This document shows, one piece after another, positions 1 to 8,176 of a stretch of DNA of 36,917 bases; position 1 is the first letter of the stretch, and each line of letters opens with the position of its first letter. Location: the NCBI GenBank assembly GCA_964625485.1, contig CAZVBK010000002.1:1-36917 (forward strand), read 5' to 3'. The notes beneath the pieces were generated by a model. It was given only the letters and a program-made list of their open reading frames with translations. It did no database searches and was not told the origin of the DNA. A program made the translations under genes and the position numbers. The DNA comes from an uncultured Candidatus Saccharibacteria bacterium (GTDB taxonomy: Bacteria > Patescibacteriota > Minisyncoccia > Phycocordibacterales > UBA9973).

Positions 1-127
1 TATTCGCGCTTATTTCATAGACAGTGTCGTACGCTCGGACAACTAAAGTATAAGCGATCAGAGAAGTCACCACAGTAAAAGCCAATAGGCAAAGCAAGGA
101 TTTATTGTGAGCAGAAAAAGATACCAT
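1..127 (-). CDS. hypothetical membrane protein, N-terminal fragment (continues past window start)
   Basis: ATG at 127-125 (minus) opens a frame still open at base 1: MVSFSAHNKSLLCLLAFTVVTSLIAYTLVVRAYDTVYEISAN... A hydrophobic helix follows a short N-region. TATAAT at 139-134 (minus) lies 6 nt upstream of the ATG. Too short for the ORF track. Confidence 0.3.
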   Translation of the reverse strand, partial: MVSFSAHNKSLLCLLAFTVVTSLIAYTLVVRAYDTVYEISAN

Positions 128-142
128 TACTTGATTATACAA

Positions 143-682
143 TTATTTTTTATAAAATTCATTTTTTAAATCATCAAACCCTTGCTTGTCGAAAACATAG
201 AAACCAATGTTGTGTATTTCGTCTTGGGCCCGATCAATTGTTTCTACTCCGATTCTTTTAAAAATAGACTTTGGGTAATGCTTATGGTTTTGTGTTGCTA
301 AGTAAAGCCTGGGCTGGCTTGAGGTGTTATATTTCCTCATTACTGAAGCAAGAAAACAGTCCGCCAGTTCAATTTTTAACTCCTTCTTCCACTCATAAAT
401 ATTAGCAATCTCAATAGCAGACTCTATTATGTCTTTTTCTATGTCTAATCCCAGCTCGTTAACATCAAGAAATTTGAGTAATTTTTCAAGCTCTTTCCTC
501 TTTTTATCGGAGTCCGTTTTTCTTAGGAATTCAAACTTAACAGTTTGATCTATTAAAAGCGTGATTCCGTTTTTTCTAAGGTCCAAGATTAATTCTTCAA
601 AAAAGGTGCCGTATTTTGAAAAATCAATCAGAACGTTGGTGTCTATTAGTAAAAATTTATTTTTTAAGGGAATATAATTCAT
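143..682 (-). CDS. PIN-domain nuclease (VapC-like toxin candidate)
   Basis: Track ORF 143-778 begins at a GTG. The first ATG (682) gives MNYIPLKNKFLLIDTNVLIDF..., the N-terminal acidic IDTN signature of PIN domains, with later LADCFLAS and LATQNHKHY segments typical of the fold. It overlaps a small upstream ORF, as in type II TA pairs. Confidence 0.6.
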   Translation of the reverse strand: MNYIPLKNKFLLIDTNVLIDFSKYGTFFEELILDLRKNGITLLIDQTVKFEFLRKTDSDKKRKELEKLLKFLDVNELGLDIEKDIIESAIEIANIYEWKKELKIELADCFLASVMRKYNTSSQPRLYLATQNHKHYPKSIFKRIGVETIDRAQDEIHNIGFYVFDKQGFDDLKNEFYKK

Positions 683-827
683 CTGAGTGCTCTCTTTTTT
701 CTGATTCGCGGATGATCTCACCTGCTCTTTTGGCAAGTTTTCTAAATTGAGAAATATCAAAAGATCCGGAATTTCCACTCCTGTTCATTTTATCTTCTTT
801 GATCTTTTCCAATATACTGTCAGCCAT
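657..827 (-). CDS. small ORF upstream of and overlapping the PIN gene (putative antitoxin, 56 aa)
   Basis: Hand translation: MADSILEKIKEDKMNRSGNSGSFDISQFRKLAKRAGEIIRESEKREHSDELYSLKK, stop TAA at 659-657. It is in a different frame from the GTG extension of the PIN ORF and is directly preceded by a near-consensus promoter. Below the 60-aa track cutoff. Confidence 0.4.
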   Translation of the reverse strand: MADSILEKIKEDKMNRSGNSGSFDISQFRKLAKRAGEIIRESEKREHSDELYSLKK

Positions 828-833
828 ACTTTA

Positions 834-863
834 ATTATAGCAAATTAAGAAAAATTCATGCAA
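834..863 (-). promoter_or_regulatory. sigma70-type promoter: TTGCAT-N18-(TGC)TATAAT, 6 nt upstream of ATG 827
   Basis: Minus strand reads TTGCAT (863-858), an 18-nt spacer, TGCTATAAT (842-834), TAAAGT, then ATG (827-825). Confidence 0.5.
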
Positions 864-884
864 TAAAAATAACTGCTTTCTGTG

Positions 885-957
885 TGCGCCCAGTTGGAAT
901 CGAACCAACGACCTTATCCTTAAAAGGGATCTGCTCTACCAGCTGAGCTATGGGCGC
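885..957 (-). tRNA. tRNA-Lys (anticodon UUU)
   Basis: Minus strand: GCGCCCATAGCTCAGCTGGTAGAGCAGATCCCTTTTAAGGATAAGGTCGTTGGTTCGATTCCAACTGGGCGCA. Acceptor stem is 7 bp (GCGCCCA/TGGGCGC) and the D arm is GCTC/GAGC. The anticodon loop is CTTTTAA and the T arm is GTTGG-TTCGATT-CCAAC. 73 nt, no encoded CCA. Confidence 0.93.
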
Positions 958-980
958 GATTGCTTGATAATACCAGATTT

Positions 981-1628
981 TTAAAAAGCTTCAAGTAGGA
1001 AGCGTTCAAAAGCCGCTTCGTCGTCGAGACCTTGCTTGCGCGCTTCCGGTAAAAGATACGATATTTTGCCAGCGAAATTCTGTAGTTCAGCTTCGGTAAA
1101 TTTACTAAAGTTCTTCTTTAGTAACATATCTTTGGCTTTCCAAAAGAGCACTCCTATAAGCTCCTCCATCCCAACACCTAAGTCCATGGCCTGCCGGAAA
1201 TGTATCCAAAGGTTTACCTTATCTCGAGCCCCAAAATCATTGGCTAAAATAAAATTATTATATTTTTCCTTTTTATCTTTTGATAATTCAAAAATATTGA
1301 GCTCAGCTCTCGCCTTCCTGAAAGCGTCAAGTATGGGTTTGCCGAGTTTACCCTCAAGGAAAATAAAATCGTTACTCGACTCTGCCATCTCAGGGAGTTT
1401 GTCTAAAATAAAATCAGTTGTCTCTTCTCGCTCTAGCACTTGAGTAAAAACAACAGAGCACTTGGAGAAAAACAGCCCTGCCCCAGAATACAGACTCTCT
1501 ATCTGGGTCTTATCGAAATCATTCCTGCCAATAAAAAACTTCTCATCTTCTTTAGGCAGAGAGTCTACGAACTTTTCATATACTTTATGACGAGTTGTGG
1601 CATCGTCTCCGGCGAAAAGGTATATCAT
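981..1628 (-). CDS. holA: DNA polymerase III delta subunit-like (HolA family, short form)
   Basis: 215 aa. The N-terminus MIYLFAGDDATTRHKVYEKF and the overall helical C-terminal half resemble clamp-loader delta subunits. Assigned by sequence resemblance only. Confidence 0.55.
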   Translation of the reverse strand: MIYLFAGDDATTRHKVYEKFVDSLPKEDEKFFIGRNDFDKTQIESLYSGAGLFFSKCSVVFTQVLEREETTDFILDKLPEMAESSNDFIFLEGKLGKPILDAFRKARAELNIFELSKDKKEKYNNFILANDFGARDKVNLWIHFRQAMDLGVGMEELIGVLFWKAKDMLLKKNFSKFTEAELQNFAGKISYLLPEARKQGLDDEAAFERFLLEAF

Positions 1629-1637
1629 TGTGATGTA

Positions 1638-2099
1638 TTAAAACCTAACAGACTTTTTGTAAGCAGAATAAGCCTCTCCGTATTTCTGCTCGAGGATCTC
1701 TTCTTGTTTCTTTATAAAAACGAGTTTGGTGATAACAAAACAAACCACTGACAGAACTACTATAAAGAATGCATTTGAAATAATCCCAAAACCAAGCACG
1801 AGGAGGAATAGACCCCAATGGGTAGGCGTACGACTGACTTTGTATGGACCACGAGCAAAAGTGTCTTTACTTAAATTCTCTATCCCCAAGTTCCTGCTAG
1901 TGGCCTGGGCCCAGACGATAAGTGCCGTCGCAAAACCAAGGCAAACGACACCTATTTTAACCATTAAAGTATCTCCGAAAAACTTTTGTGGAAAAAAGAA
2001 ATCAAGCAATAAGCCTAAAAGCAAGGCTCCTAGATATAAAGAATAAGAGTGAGCCAAAATCTTGTGCACAGTATCAGTCTTTTTTGTTTGCTCGTCCAT
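1638..2099 (-). CDS. isoprenylcysteine carboxyl / phospholipid methyltransferase family membrane protein
   Basis: 153 aa with about 4 TM helices. The GPYKVSRTPTHWG segment and the C-terminal EEILEQKYGEAYSAYKKSV tail are characteristic of ICMT/PEMT-type methyltransferases. Confidence 0.6.
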   Translation of the reverse strand: MDEQTKKTDTVHKILAHSYSLYLGALLLGLLLDFFFPQKFFGDTLMVKIGVVCLGFATALIVWAQATSRNLGIENLSKDTFARGPYKVSRTPTHWGLFLLVLGFGIISNAFFIVVLSVVCFVITKLVFIKKQEEILEQKYGEAYSAYKKSVRF

Positions 2100-2106
2100 A
2101 ATGCCT

Positions 2107-2115
2107 ATTATATCA
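2107..2115 (-). promoter_or_regulatory. extended -10 (TGATATAAT) 7 nt upstream of ATG 2099
   Basis: Minus strand reads GTGATATAAT-AGGCATT-ATG, in the 35-nt gap after the polA stop. Confidence 0.45.
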
Positions 2116-2134
2116 CAAAATCGAACCCATTTTA

Positions 2135-4603
2135 CTACTTCACTTCATCAAAATTCTGCCCTGCCCCAAAGTGAACTTCAAGTGGTATGTCCGTCTTATA
2201 CTTGAGGTATGACCTTTCAAGCACTCCCTCCATCGACTTCTTTATTATCTTTTGCGCTTCTTCCAGGACACCATCCTCTATCTCATAAACAAGTTCATCG
2301 TGAATCTGCAAAACAAGATGGGTTTTGCTTAAGATTCCCGCTTTCTCTAGATCTTCATCGGCATACCTGATGGCTAGTTTTATTATGTCGGCCGTAGCTG
2401 TCCCCTGTATCGGCGCATTCGTAGCTGTACGCTCCGCCATATTTTTCAAAAAAGGGATTCGAGAATTTATGTTTGGAAAATATCTGCGTCGTCCGAATAA
2501 TGTCTCGGTGTAATTGTTCTTGGTGGCAAAAACTTTTACACTTTCCAGATAATTCTTCACCCCGCTGAATTGATTAAAATAATTGTCATAAAACTTCTGG
2601 GCTTCTTCGCGAGTGCCTCCTAGGTTTTTACGAAGAGCAGATACGCCCATCCCATAAATAATCCCGAAGTTTATGACCTTGGCTCGCCTGCGCATCTCGG
2701 CATCCACTTTTTCTAGTGGAACATCAAACACAAAAGATGCCACTCCTGTATGAATGTCTTTTTTCTCTTTAAATATTTGAGTCATCTTTTTGTCCTCGGA
2801 AAGCATCGCTGCGACACGGAGCTCTATTTGAGAGTAGTCAAAAGCTGAAAGTTTGTGGCCCTTATCGGCTACAAAACCTTTGCGGATTCTCCTGCCAAGC
2901 TCAGTTTTAATAGGCAGGTTCTGCAGATTTGGGTCCTTGGAGGAAAACCGTCCTGTCGTTGTAGCGTTTTGTAAAAACTTGGCATGAAGCCTTCCATCTC
3001 CTCCAGCCATATCTGGTATAACATCCACATAAGTAGACAGAAGCTTCTGGAGTTCGCGGTAGGCCATTATGTCTTTTATAATAGGATTGTCTTCTTCTAA
3101 TTCTTCAAGCACAGACACCTTGGTAGAAAAAGCGCCATTGGCACCTTTTTTTGCCCCCTTCTTCCCTGGCATCTCCATGCCCATTTTTTCAAATAATACT
3201 TCTCCTAATTGTTTCGGAGAATTGATATTAAACTCCATCCCCGCCTGCTCGTAAATTTTCTTGGTTAGTTTGTCGAGCTCTTTGTGGTATAGAGTTGAAA
3301 GATCGGCAAAATATTTTTTGTCTATAAGAATCCCGCGGTCCTCCATCTTTTTTACTATCGGGATTATCGGCTTTTCTATTTCTTCATAAACCTGATCCAG
3401 TTTGTTTTCTTTGAGTTTTTTGAAAACGTATTCATAAGCCACATCAAAATCTTCAGTGTTGGCGTACATCAAAATATCAGAAAGCTCTGGGGTGCTTATG
3501 TCTGAATTTATGAGCCAAAGGGCGACAGAGGCCTCTTGGAGTTTTGTTGGGTCTGGAAGAAGAGGAGAATCTAGCAAAGTTTTCTCGGGTCCTCGGTTTA
3601 GGTCAGGAGTACCTGTCGCCAGACCAGCTCCAAAACTTTCTAGCTTCCCCCCTTCTTTTGATGTTCCGTCGCTATTTTCGTTAAAAAAATTCTTTAGTCG
3701 AGTGAACAAACTTCTAAATTCAAAAAGCTGAAACATTTGTTCAATCTTTTTCATATCAGCATTTTCCCAAAAAGTTTTTTCTGGTATTTTGAAATCCACC
3801 GGTGCGTCTCTTCTTATTTGAGCTAAGGTTTTGGAAAACAAAGCTTCTTCTTCGTTGTCTTTAAGAAGGTTTATCAACCTATCAGTCAATCCTATGTCTT
3901 TGAACTTTTTACTTTCAACTTTCAACTTCTTATACATTTCTTCTATTGTGCCGAAAGTACTTATGAGGGTTGTGGCTGTTTTCTCACCTATGCCCTTTAT
4001 GCCTATTATGTTATCTGAAGTATCCCCACGAAGACCTTTGTAGTCGGGCAAAAGCCCAGGCTTGAAACCAAACCGAGATAGCACAGCTTCTTCGTCGTAC
4101 AAAATAGTATCGTTGATCCCCTTCTTTAAGGTGTACACCTGCACTTTTTTGCCGTCGATCAACTGCATGGTATCCATGTCACCAGAAGCAATAATGATTT
4201 TGCTTTTCTTATCGTCTTTCAATTTGTCGACTATTGTGCCGAGCACATCGTCTGCTTCAAACCCCGGCGCGTCGTATATAGGGATATTGAAAGCTTCGAA
4301 AATTTGTCTGGATTTTTGTAGTTGTATTTTTAGGGCATCGTCCGTCTTGGCCCGTCCTGCTTTGTATTCCTTGTAAGCTTCGTGGCGAAAAGTCTTTTGG
4401 GGGAGGTCGTAACAGGCTATGATGTATTCGGGTTTGAGGTCAGTAACTATCTTCATCACCATAGTAGAAAGGCCGTACAGGGCTCCTGTAGGCTCGCCCT
4501 TAGAAGACATGAATTCTGGTAAGGCATGATAAGCCCGATGGATTATGGCGTGGGCATCAAGTAAAACAATGGTTTTGGTGTCTTTGGGGGTTTTAGAAGG
4601 CAT
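2135..4603 (-). CDS. polA: DNA polymerase I
   Basis: N-terminal 5-prime nuclease signatures (LLDAHAIIHRAYHA, GFEADDVLGT). C-terminal family A polymerase motifs (DYSQIELRV, RRRAKVINFGIIYG, QIHDELV). Start moved to ATG 4603 (MPSKTPKD...). The track start at 4678 would run through the divergent pilB start. Confidence 0.93.
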   Translation of the reverse strand: MPSKTPKDTKTIVLLDAHAIIHRAYHALPEFMSSKGEPTGALYGLSTMVMKIVTDLKPEYIIACYDLPQKTFRHEAYKEYKAGRAKTDDALKIQLQKSRQIFEAFNIPIYDAPGFEADDVLGTIVDKLKDDKKSKIIIASGDMDTMQLIDGKKVQVYTLKKGINDTILYDEEAVLSRFGFKPGLLPDYKGLRGDTSDNIIGIKGIGEKTATTLISTFGTIEEMYKKLKVESKKFKDIGLTDRLINLLKDNEEEALFSKTLAQIRRDAPVDFKIPEKTFWENADMKKIEQMFQLFEFRSLFTRLKNFFNENSDGTSKEGGKLESFGAGLATGTPDLNRGPEKTLLDSPLLPDPTKLQEASVALWLINSDISTPELSDILMYANTEDFDVAYEYVFKKLKENKLDQVYEEIEKPIIPIVKKMEDRGILIDKKYFADLSTLYHKELDKLTKKIYEQAGMEFNINSPKQLGEVLFEKMGMEMPGKKGAKKGANGAFSTKVSVLEELEEDNPIIKDIMAYRELQKLLSTYVDVIPDMAGGDGRLHAKFLQNATTTGRFSSKDPNLQNLPIKTELGRRIRKGFVADKGHKLSAFDYSQIELRVAAMLSEDKKMTQIFKEKKDIHTGVASFVFDVPLEKVDAEMRRRAKVINFGIIYGMGVSALRKNLGGTREEAQKFYDNYFNQFSGVKNYLESVKVFATKNNYTETLFGRRRYFPNINSRIPFLKNMAERTATNAPIQGTATADIIKLAIRYADEDLEKAGILSKTHLVLQIHDELVYEIEDGVLEEAQKIIKKSMEGVLERSYLKYKTDIPLEVHFGAGQNFDEVK

Positions 4604-4610
4604 TATGGAA

Positions 4611-4619
4611 ATTATATCA
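4611..4619 (-). promoter_or_regulatory. extended -10 (TGATATAAT) 7 nt upstream of polA ATG
   Basis: Minus strand reads GTGATATAAT-TTCCATA-ATG. This is the same 10-mer as in front of the ICMT-like gene. Confidence 0.45.
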
Positions 4620-4642
4620 CTTAAGTTATACTTTATATTAAT

Positions 4643-6340
4643 ATGGCAACATTTGACGAGACAAAACAAAATAAGCAACTCGATGACCTACACAGAACAG
4701 AAGAAGAAGAACTGGTGGCGATGCTAGCAGAAACAAAATTCAATTTACCGTACATAGACATCACTAAGGTCGGAGTAGACAACGAAGCCTTGCGATCTAT
4801 CGGTCAGACAGAAGCCCGAGAGAACCTCCTTGCGCCTTTCAAGCTTTCTGGAACCAATGTCCTCATCGCAATGCGATCTCCAACACCGGAGCTCATAGAA
4901 AAAATCACCGCAGAAATAACACCTCAAAAACTAACACCAATATTTTACATGGCTTCTATGAACAGCCTGAATAAAGTATGGGAAAGATACGAAGAGCTAT
5001 CTATGGCTGAAAACACCAAAATCGGGGGTATCGACATATCCATGGACGTGGTGAACGAAACAGCAAAAAACATCCACCAAATGGCGGACATTAAAAAATT
5101 AATCTCTGAATCTTTAGCTGAAAACCAAGTCCACCGCATCTCTAGAATACTAGAGGTTATCTTGGCAGGAGCTATAGCCATTAAGGCTTCCGACGTACAC
5201 ATAGAACCAGAGAAAGACACTAGCCGTTTGCGCATAAGACTAGACGGCGTTCTTCAAGATGTAATTTTTCTAGATACAAATATTTACAAACTCCTAAGCT
5301 CTAGAATCAAGCTCCTCTCTGGGGTCAAACTCAACTCTCAAACCTCTCAAGACGGACGATTTAGTATTATGGAAGGCGAAGATGAAATAAACATCCGTAC
5401 TTCCCTCATCCCTGGAGCTTACGGAGAGACCATAGTCATGAGAATCCTCGACCCAAAAGCTACCCGCATAGACCTAAAAGAAATAGGTATCGACCCTTTC
5501 TTGTACCAAATCGTAGAGAAAGAAATAATGAAACCAAACGGGATGATTTTAGTGACTGGTCCTACCGGCTCAGGTAAAACCACCACTTTGTACGCCTTTT
5601 TGAGTAAAATATATTCTACGGAAATAAACATAATAACCATCGAGGACCCTATCGAGTACCACCTAGACGGCATAACTCAAACCCAAACCAACGAAAAGAA
5701 AGACTATACCTTCGCAGAGGGTTTGCGTAGTGCCCTCCGCCAAGACCCTGATGTAATAATGGTCGGAGAAATCCGTGATGCCGATACTGCGAAAACAGCC
5801 GTGCAGGCCTCTCTTACTGGGCACCTTGTGCTATCAACACTCCACACCAACAACGCGGCAGGAACAATCCCCCGCCTGATAGACCTAGAGGTGAACCCTA
5901 AAATACTAGTCTCTGCTATATCCCTTTCTTTAGCTCAAAGACTTGTGAGGAAATTATGTCCTGTGTGTAAGCAAGAAACTGCTCCGACAGAAGAACAGAC
6001 CAAGACCATACAAATGGTTTTGGAAAGCATAAAAGCCGAAGGAAAAGATTTGAAAAATTATAATATAGACGCAAGTGCACCGATAAAAATGTTTAAGGCT
6101 GTGGGTTGCGATAGGTGTAACATGACTGGATACACTGGCCGTATCGGAATCTTTGAAGCCATCAAGACAGACGAAGCTATTGAAAAATTAATTTTAGAAA
6201 ATCCTAGCGAGCATGAAGTAAAGAAAGCTGCCCGAGCTCAGGGCATACTCTCCATGCGCCAAGACGGTATAGTGAAAATAATAACCGGAGTTACTTCTAT
6301 GGAAGAAGTACAGAGCGTCGTGGATCTAAATGAGGAGTAA
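4643..6340 (+). CDS. pilB: GspE/PilB-family secretion ATPase (type IV pilus assembly ATPase-like)
   Basis: Walker A GPTGSGKTTT, Asp box/Walker B DPDVIMVGEIRD, His box TGHLVLSTLHTN, tetracysteine CPVC...CDRC, and an N-terminal GSPII_E-N-like region. Confidence 0.88.
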   Translation: MATFDETKQNKQLDDLHRTEEEELVAMLAETKFNLPYIDITKVGVDNEALRSIGQTEARENLLAPFKLSGTNVLIAMRSPTPELIEKITAEITPQKLTPIFYMASMNSLNKVWERYEELSMAENTKIGGIDISMDVVNETAKNIHQMADIKKLISESLAENQVHRISRILEVILAGAIAIKASDVHIEPEKDTSRLRIRLDGVLQDVIFLDTNIYKLLSSRIKLLSGVKLNSQTSQDGRFSIMEGEDEINIRTSLIPGAYGETIVMRILDPKATRIDLKEIGIDPFLYQIVEKEIMKPNGMILVTGPTGSGKTTTLYAFLSKIYSTEINIITIEDPIEYHLDGITQTQTNEKKDYTFAEGLRSALRQDPDVIMVGEIRDADTAKTAVQASLTGHLVLSTLHTNNAAGTIPRLIDLEVNPKILVSAISLSLAQRLVRKLCPVCKQETAPTEEQTKTIQMVLESIKAEGKDLKNYNIDASAPIKMFKAVGCDRCNMTGYTGRIGIFEAIKTDEAIEKLILENPSEHEVKKAARAQGILSMRQDGIVKIITGVTSMEEVQSVVDLNEE

Positions 6341-6513
6341 TAGGAAGTGATAATAAAAAAACACTAATCTCTAAACAATCCTTTAAGGGCTAGGCCCCGA
6401 AAGTAACAAATTCTTATAGGATAGCACCAGTGAACTAATAAAAGTACCAAAGCGTCCTATGCAAATTTATATAACCAAAGGCTGATTGCTTAGAGATTAG
6501 TGTCTTCTTCCTA
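6341..6513. ncRNA. candidate structured RNA or MITE-like element closed by long inverted repeats
   Basis: ACACTAATCTCTAAACAATC (6361-6380) pairs with GATTGCTTAGAGATTAGTGT (6484-6503), 19 of 20 positions. The stem is extended by CTTT/AAAG (6381-6384/6477-6480) and by an outer TAGGAAG/CTTCCTA pair (6341-6347/6507-6513). Internal hairpins are GGGC-TAG-GCCC (6387-6397) and ATAGGA...TCCTAT (6416-6421/6455-6460). No ORF. Strand not determinable. Confidence 0.3.
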
Positions 6514-6580
6514 ACGAAAACATTAGAATGGGAGAGAAACCTCTTGAAATGTATTGTACTACCATTTGCGAGTTAGCAAA

Positions 6581-6589
6581 TGCTATAAT
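6581..6589 (+). promoter_or_regulatory. extended -10 (TGCTATAAT) upstream of ruvB, giving a ~70-nt leader that starts with a hairpin
   Basis: TGCTATAAT at 6581-6589. The predicted start, about 7 nt downstream, coincides with the 5-prime arm of the ATAGTGGT/ACCACTAT stem (6596-6603/6633-6640). ruvB ATG is at 6667. Confidence 0.35.
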
Positions 6590-6666
6590 GTGCATATAGT
6601 GGTGAATATCCTGTGAATAACTCACCAAACATACCACTATTAGAAGTATAGCATATTCTTACTGTA

Positions 6667-7695
6667 ATGTCAAGCACTACCCTCTCAAAATCGAATTCTC
6701 CCAATAATGACAAGGCTACTTTAGGAGTGGATTCTTTTTTGGATCAAACCCTCCGCCCAAACCGCTGGGACGAGTATATCGGCCAAAAACACATAAAAGA
6801 CAACGTTAAAATCCTGCTGAAGGCTGCGGAAGAGCGAGGACAAACCCCTGAACACATACTATTTTATGGCCCCCCAGGTCTAGGTAAGACAACTCTCGCC
6901 CATTTAATAGCCAAAGAAACAGGACGACAAATAAAAATAACTTCTGGGCCAGCAATAGAAAAGGTGGGAGACCTCGCTTCTATCCTTACCAACCTTGCTC
7001 CTGGAGATATTCTTTTCATCGACGAGATCCACCGACTAAATAAAATGGTGGAAGAGATACTCTACCCTGCTATGGAGTCAGGGGTTCTCGATATCATCAT
7101 CGGTAAGGGTCCTTCAGCTCGTACCATCCAGCTAGACTTGCCACCATTCACCATGATAGCCGCTACGACTCGCGTGGCAATGGTCTCCTCCCCTCTTCGC
7201 TCCAGATTTTCTGGTGGAGTGTTTCGACTAGAATTTTATTCCGACGAAGAGATAGGTGCTATCGTCAAACGCTCAAGCGCGCTTCTAAACACCGAGCTCG
7301 ATGATGGGGCTCTAAAAGAGATCGCTAAGCGAAGTCGTTTCACTCCCCGTATGGCCAACTACTTTTTGAAACGATGTCGTGACTACGCCCAGGTTCACAA
7401 GAAAAGTTTAGACAAAGAAACAGTAAAGAATGCCCTAGCTATGCTCTCGATAGATGAGATGGGTCTAAACGCTTCTGATAGAAAGTTCCTAGAGATACTA
7501 ATCGAAAAGTTCAACGGACGAGCTGTGGGACTAAAAACCTTAAGCGCTGCCCTAGGCGAAGAAGAGTCTACGCTTGAAGAAGTAGTCGAGCCGTACCTCA
7601 TCCAACTTGGACTCCTTGAACGAACTGTACGCGGAAGAGTGGCTACCCCGAAAGCCTATGTACATTTAGGCTTTGATTTACCTGAAGAAAAATAA
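6667..7695 (+). CDS. ruvB: Holliday junction branch migration helicase RuvB
   Basis: LRPNRWDEYIGQ, Walker A GPPGLGKTT, Walker B IDEIHRL, and the full-length family pattern. Confidence 0.96.
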   Translation: MSSTTLSKSNSPNNDKATLGVDSFLDQTLRPNRWDEYIGQKHIKDNVKILLKAAEERGQTPEHILFYGPPGLGKTTLAHLIAKETGRQIKITSGPAIEKVGDLASILTNLAPGDILFIDEIHRLNKMVEEILYPAMESGVLDIIIGKGPSARTIQLDLPPFTMIAATTRVAMVSSPLRSRFSGGVFRLEFYSDEEIGAIVKRSSALLNTELDDGALKEIAKRSRFTPRMANYFLKRCRDYAQVHKKSLDKETVKNALAMLSIDEMGLNASDRKFLEILIEKFNGRAVGLKTLSAALGEEESTLEEVVEPYLIQLGLLERTVRGRVATPKAYVHLGFDLPEEK

Positions 7696-7696
7696 A

Positions 7697-8176
7697 ATGA
7701 AAGTACTAGGAATAGACCCAGGATTTGAAAGATTAGGAATAGCAATTCTAGAAAAAGACAAAGTCACTCGAAAAGAAGTGGTGGTTCATTCAGAATGCTT
7801 CAAGACCTCTGCGAAATTAAAATTCGAAGAAAGGCTCGAGCTTATCGGCGCAAAAATTAAAGATATCATAAAAGAGCACGGGCCAGATGTGCTTTCTATT
7901 GAAACTCTTTTCCTGACCACCAACCACAAGACAGTCATGCATGTAGCGGAAGCTCGTGGGGTTGTTATATATGAAGGTATCGTCGGTGGTTTGAAAATTT
8001 TCGAGGCCTCCCCTCCTCAGATCAAAATGGCTATAACCTCGGACGGTCATGCTGACAAGAATCAAGTGATGAAAATGGTAAAGATGTTGGTAAAAATAGA
8101 TAACGACAAGAAATCCGACGACGAGCTCGACGCCATAGCTATAGCCCTCACGGCTTTTGCTCATCTTCGTGCTTAA
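7697..8176 (+). CDS. ruvC: crossover junction endodeoxyribonuclease RuvC
   Basis: MKVLGIDPGFERLGIAIL start (catalytic Asp) and C-terminal DELDAIAIAL. ATG 7697 lies 1 nt after the ruvB stop. The track start 7673 overlaps ruvB out of frame. Confidence 0.92.
   Translation: MKVLGIDPGFERLGIAILEKDKVTRKEVVVHSECFKTSAKLKFEERLELIGAKIKDIIKEHGPDVLSIETLFLTTNHKTVMHVAEARGVVIYEGIVGGLKIFEASPPQIKMAITSDGHADKNQVMKMVKMLVKIDNDKKSDDELDAIAIALTAFAHLRA

Noticed and set aside
1036-2046. Plus-strand ORFs 1036-1443, 1440-1751 and 1726-2046 opposite holA and the ICMT-like gene
   Set aside because: They lie antisense to well-supported genes and their translations are low complexity (Ser/Leu/Lys/Phe-rich). These are typical shadow frames of an AT-rich coding strand.
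6341-6666. Known housekeeping RNAs (tmRNA, RNase P RNA, SRP/4.5S RNA, 6S RNA) or a hammerhead ribozyme in the long pilB-ruvB spacer
   Set aside because: I found none of the following: a tRNA-like acceptor/T-arm end, the RNase P P4 GAGGAAAGUCC-type motif, or the SRP domain IV GGAA-tetraloop/AGCA motif. CTGATTG is not the CUGAUGA hammerhead core. 6S cannot be excluded by eye, but the multibranch interior does not fit well.
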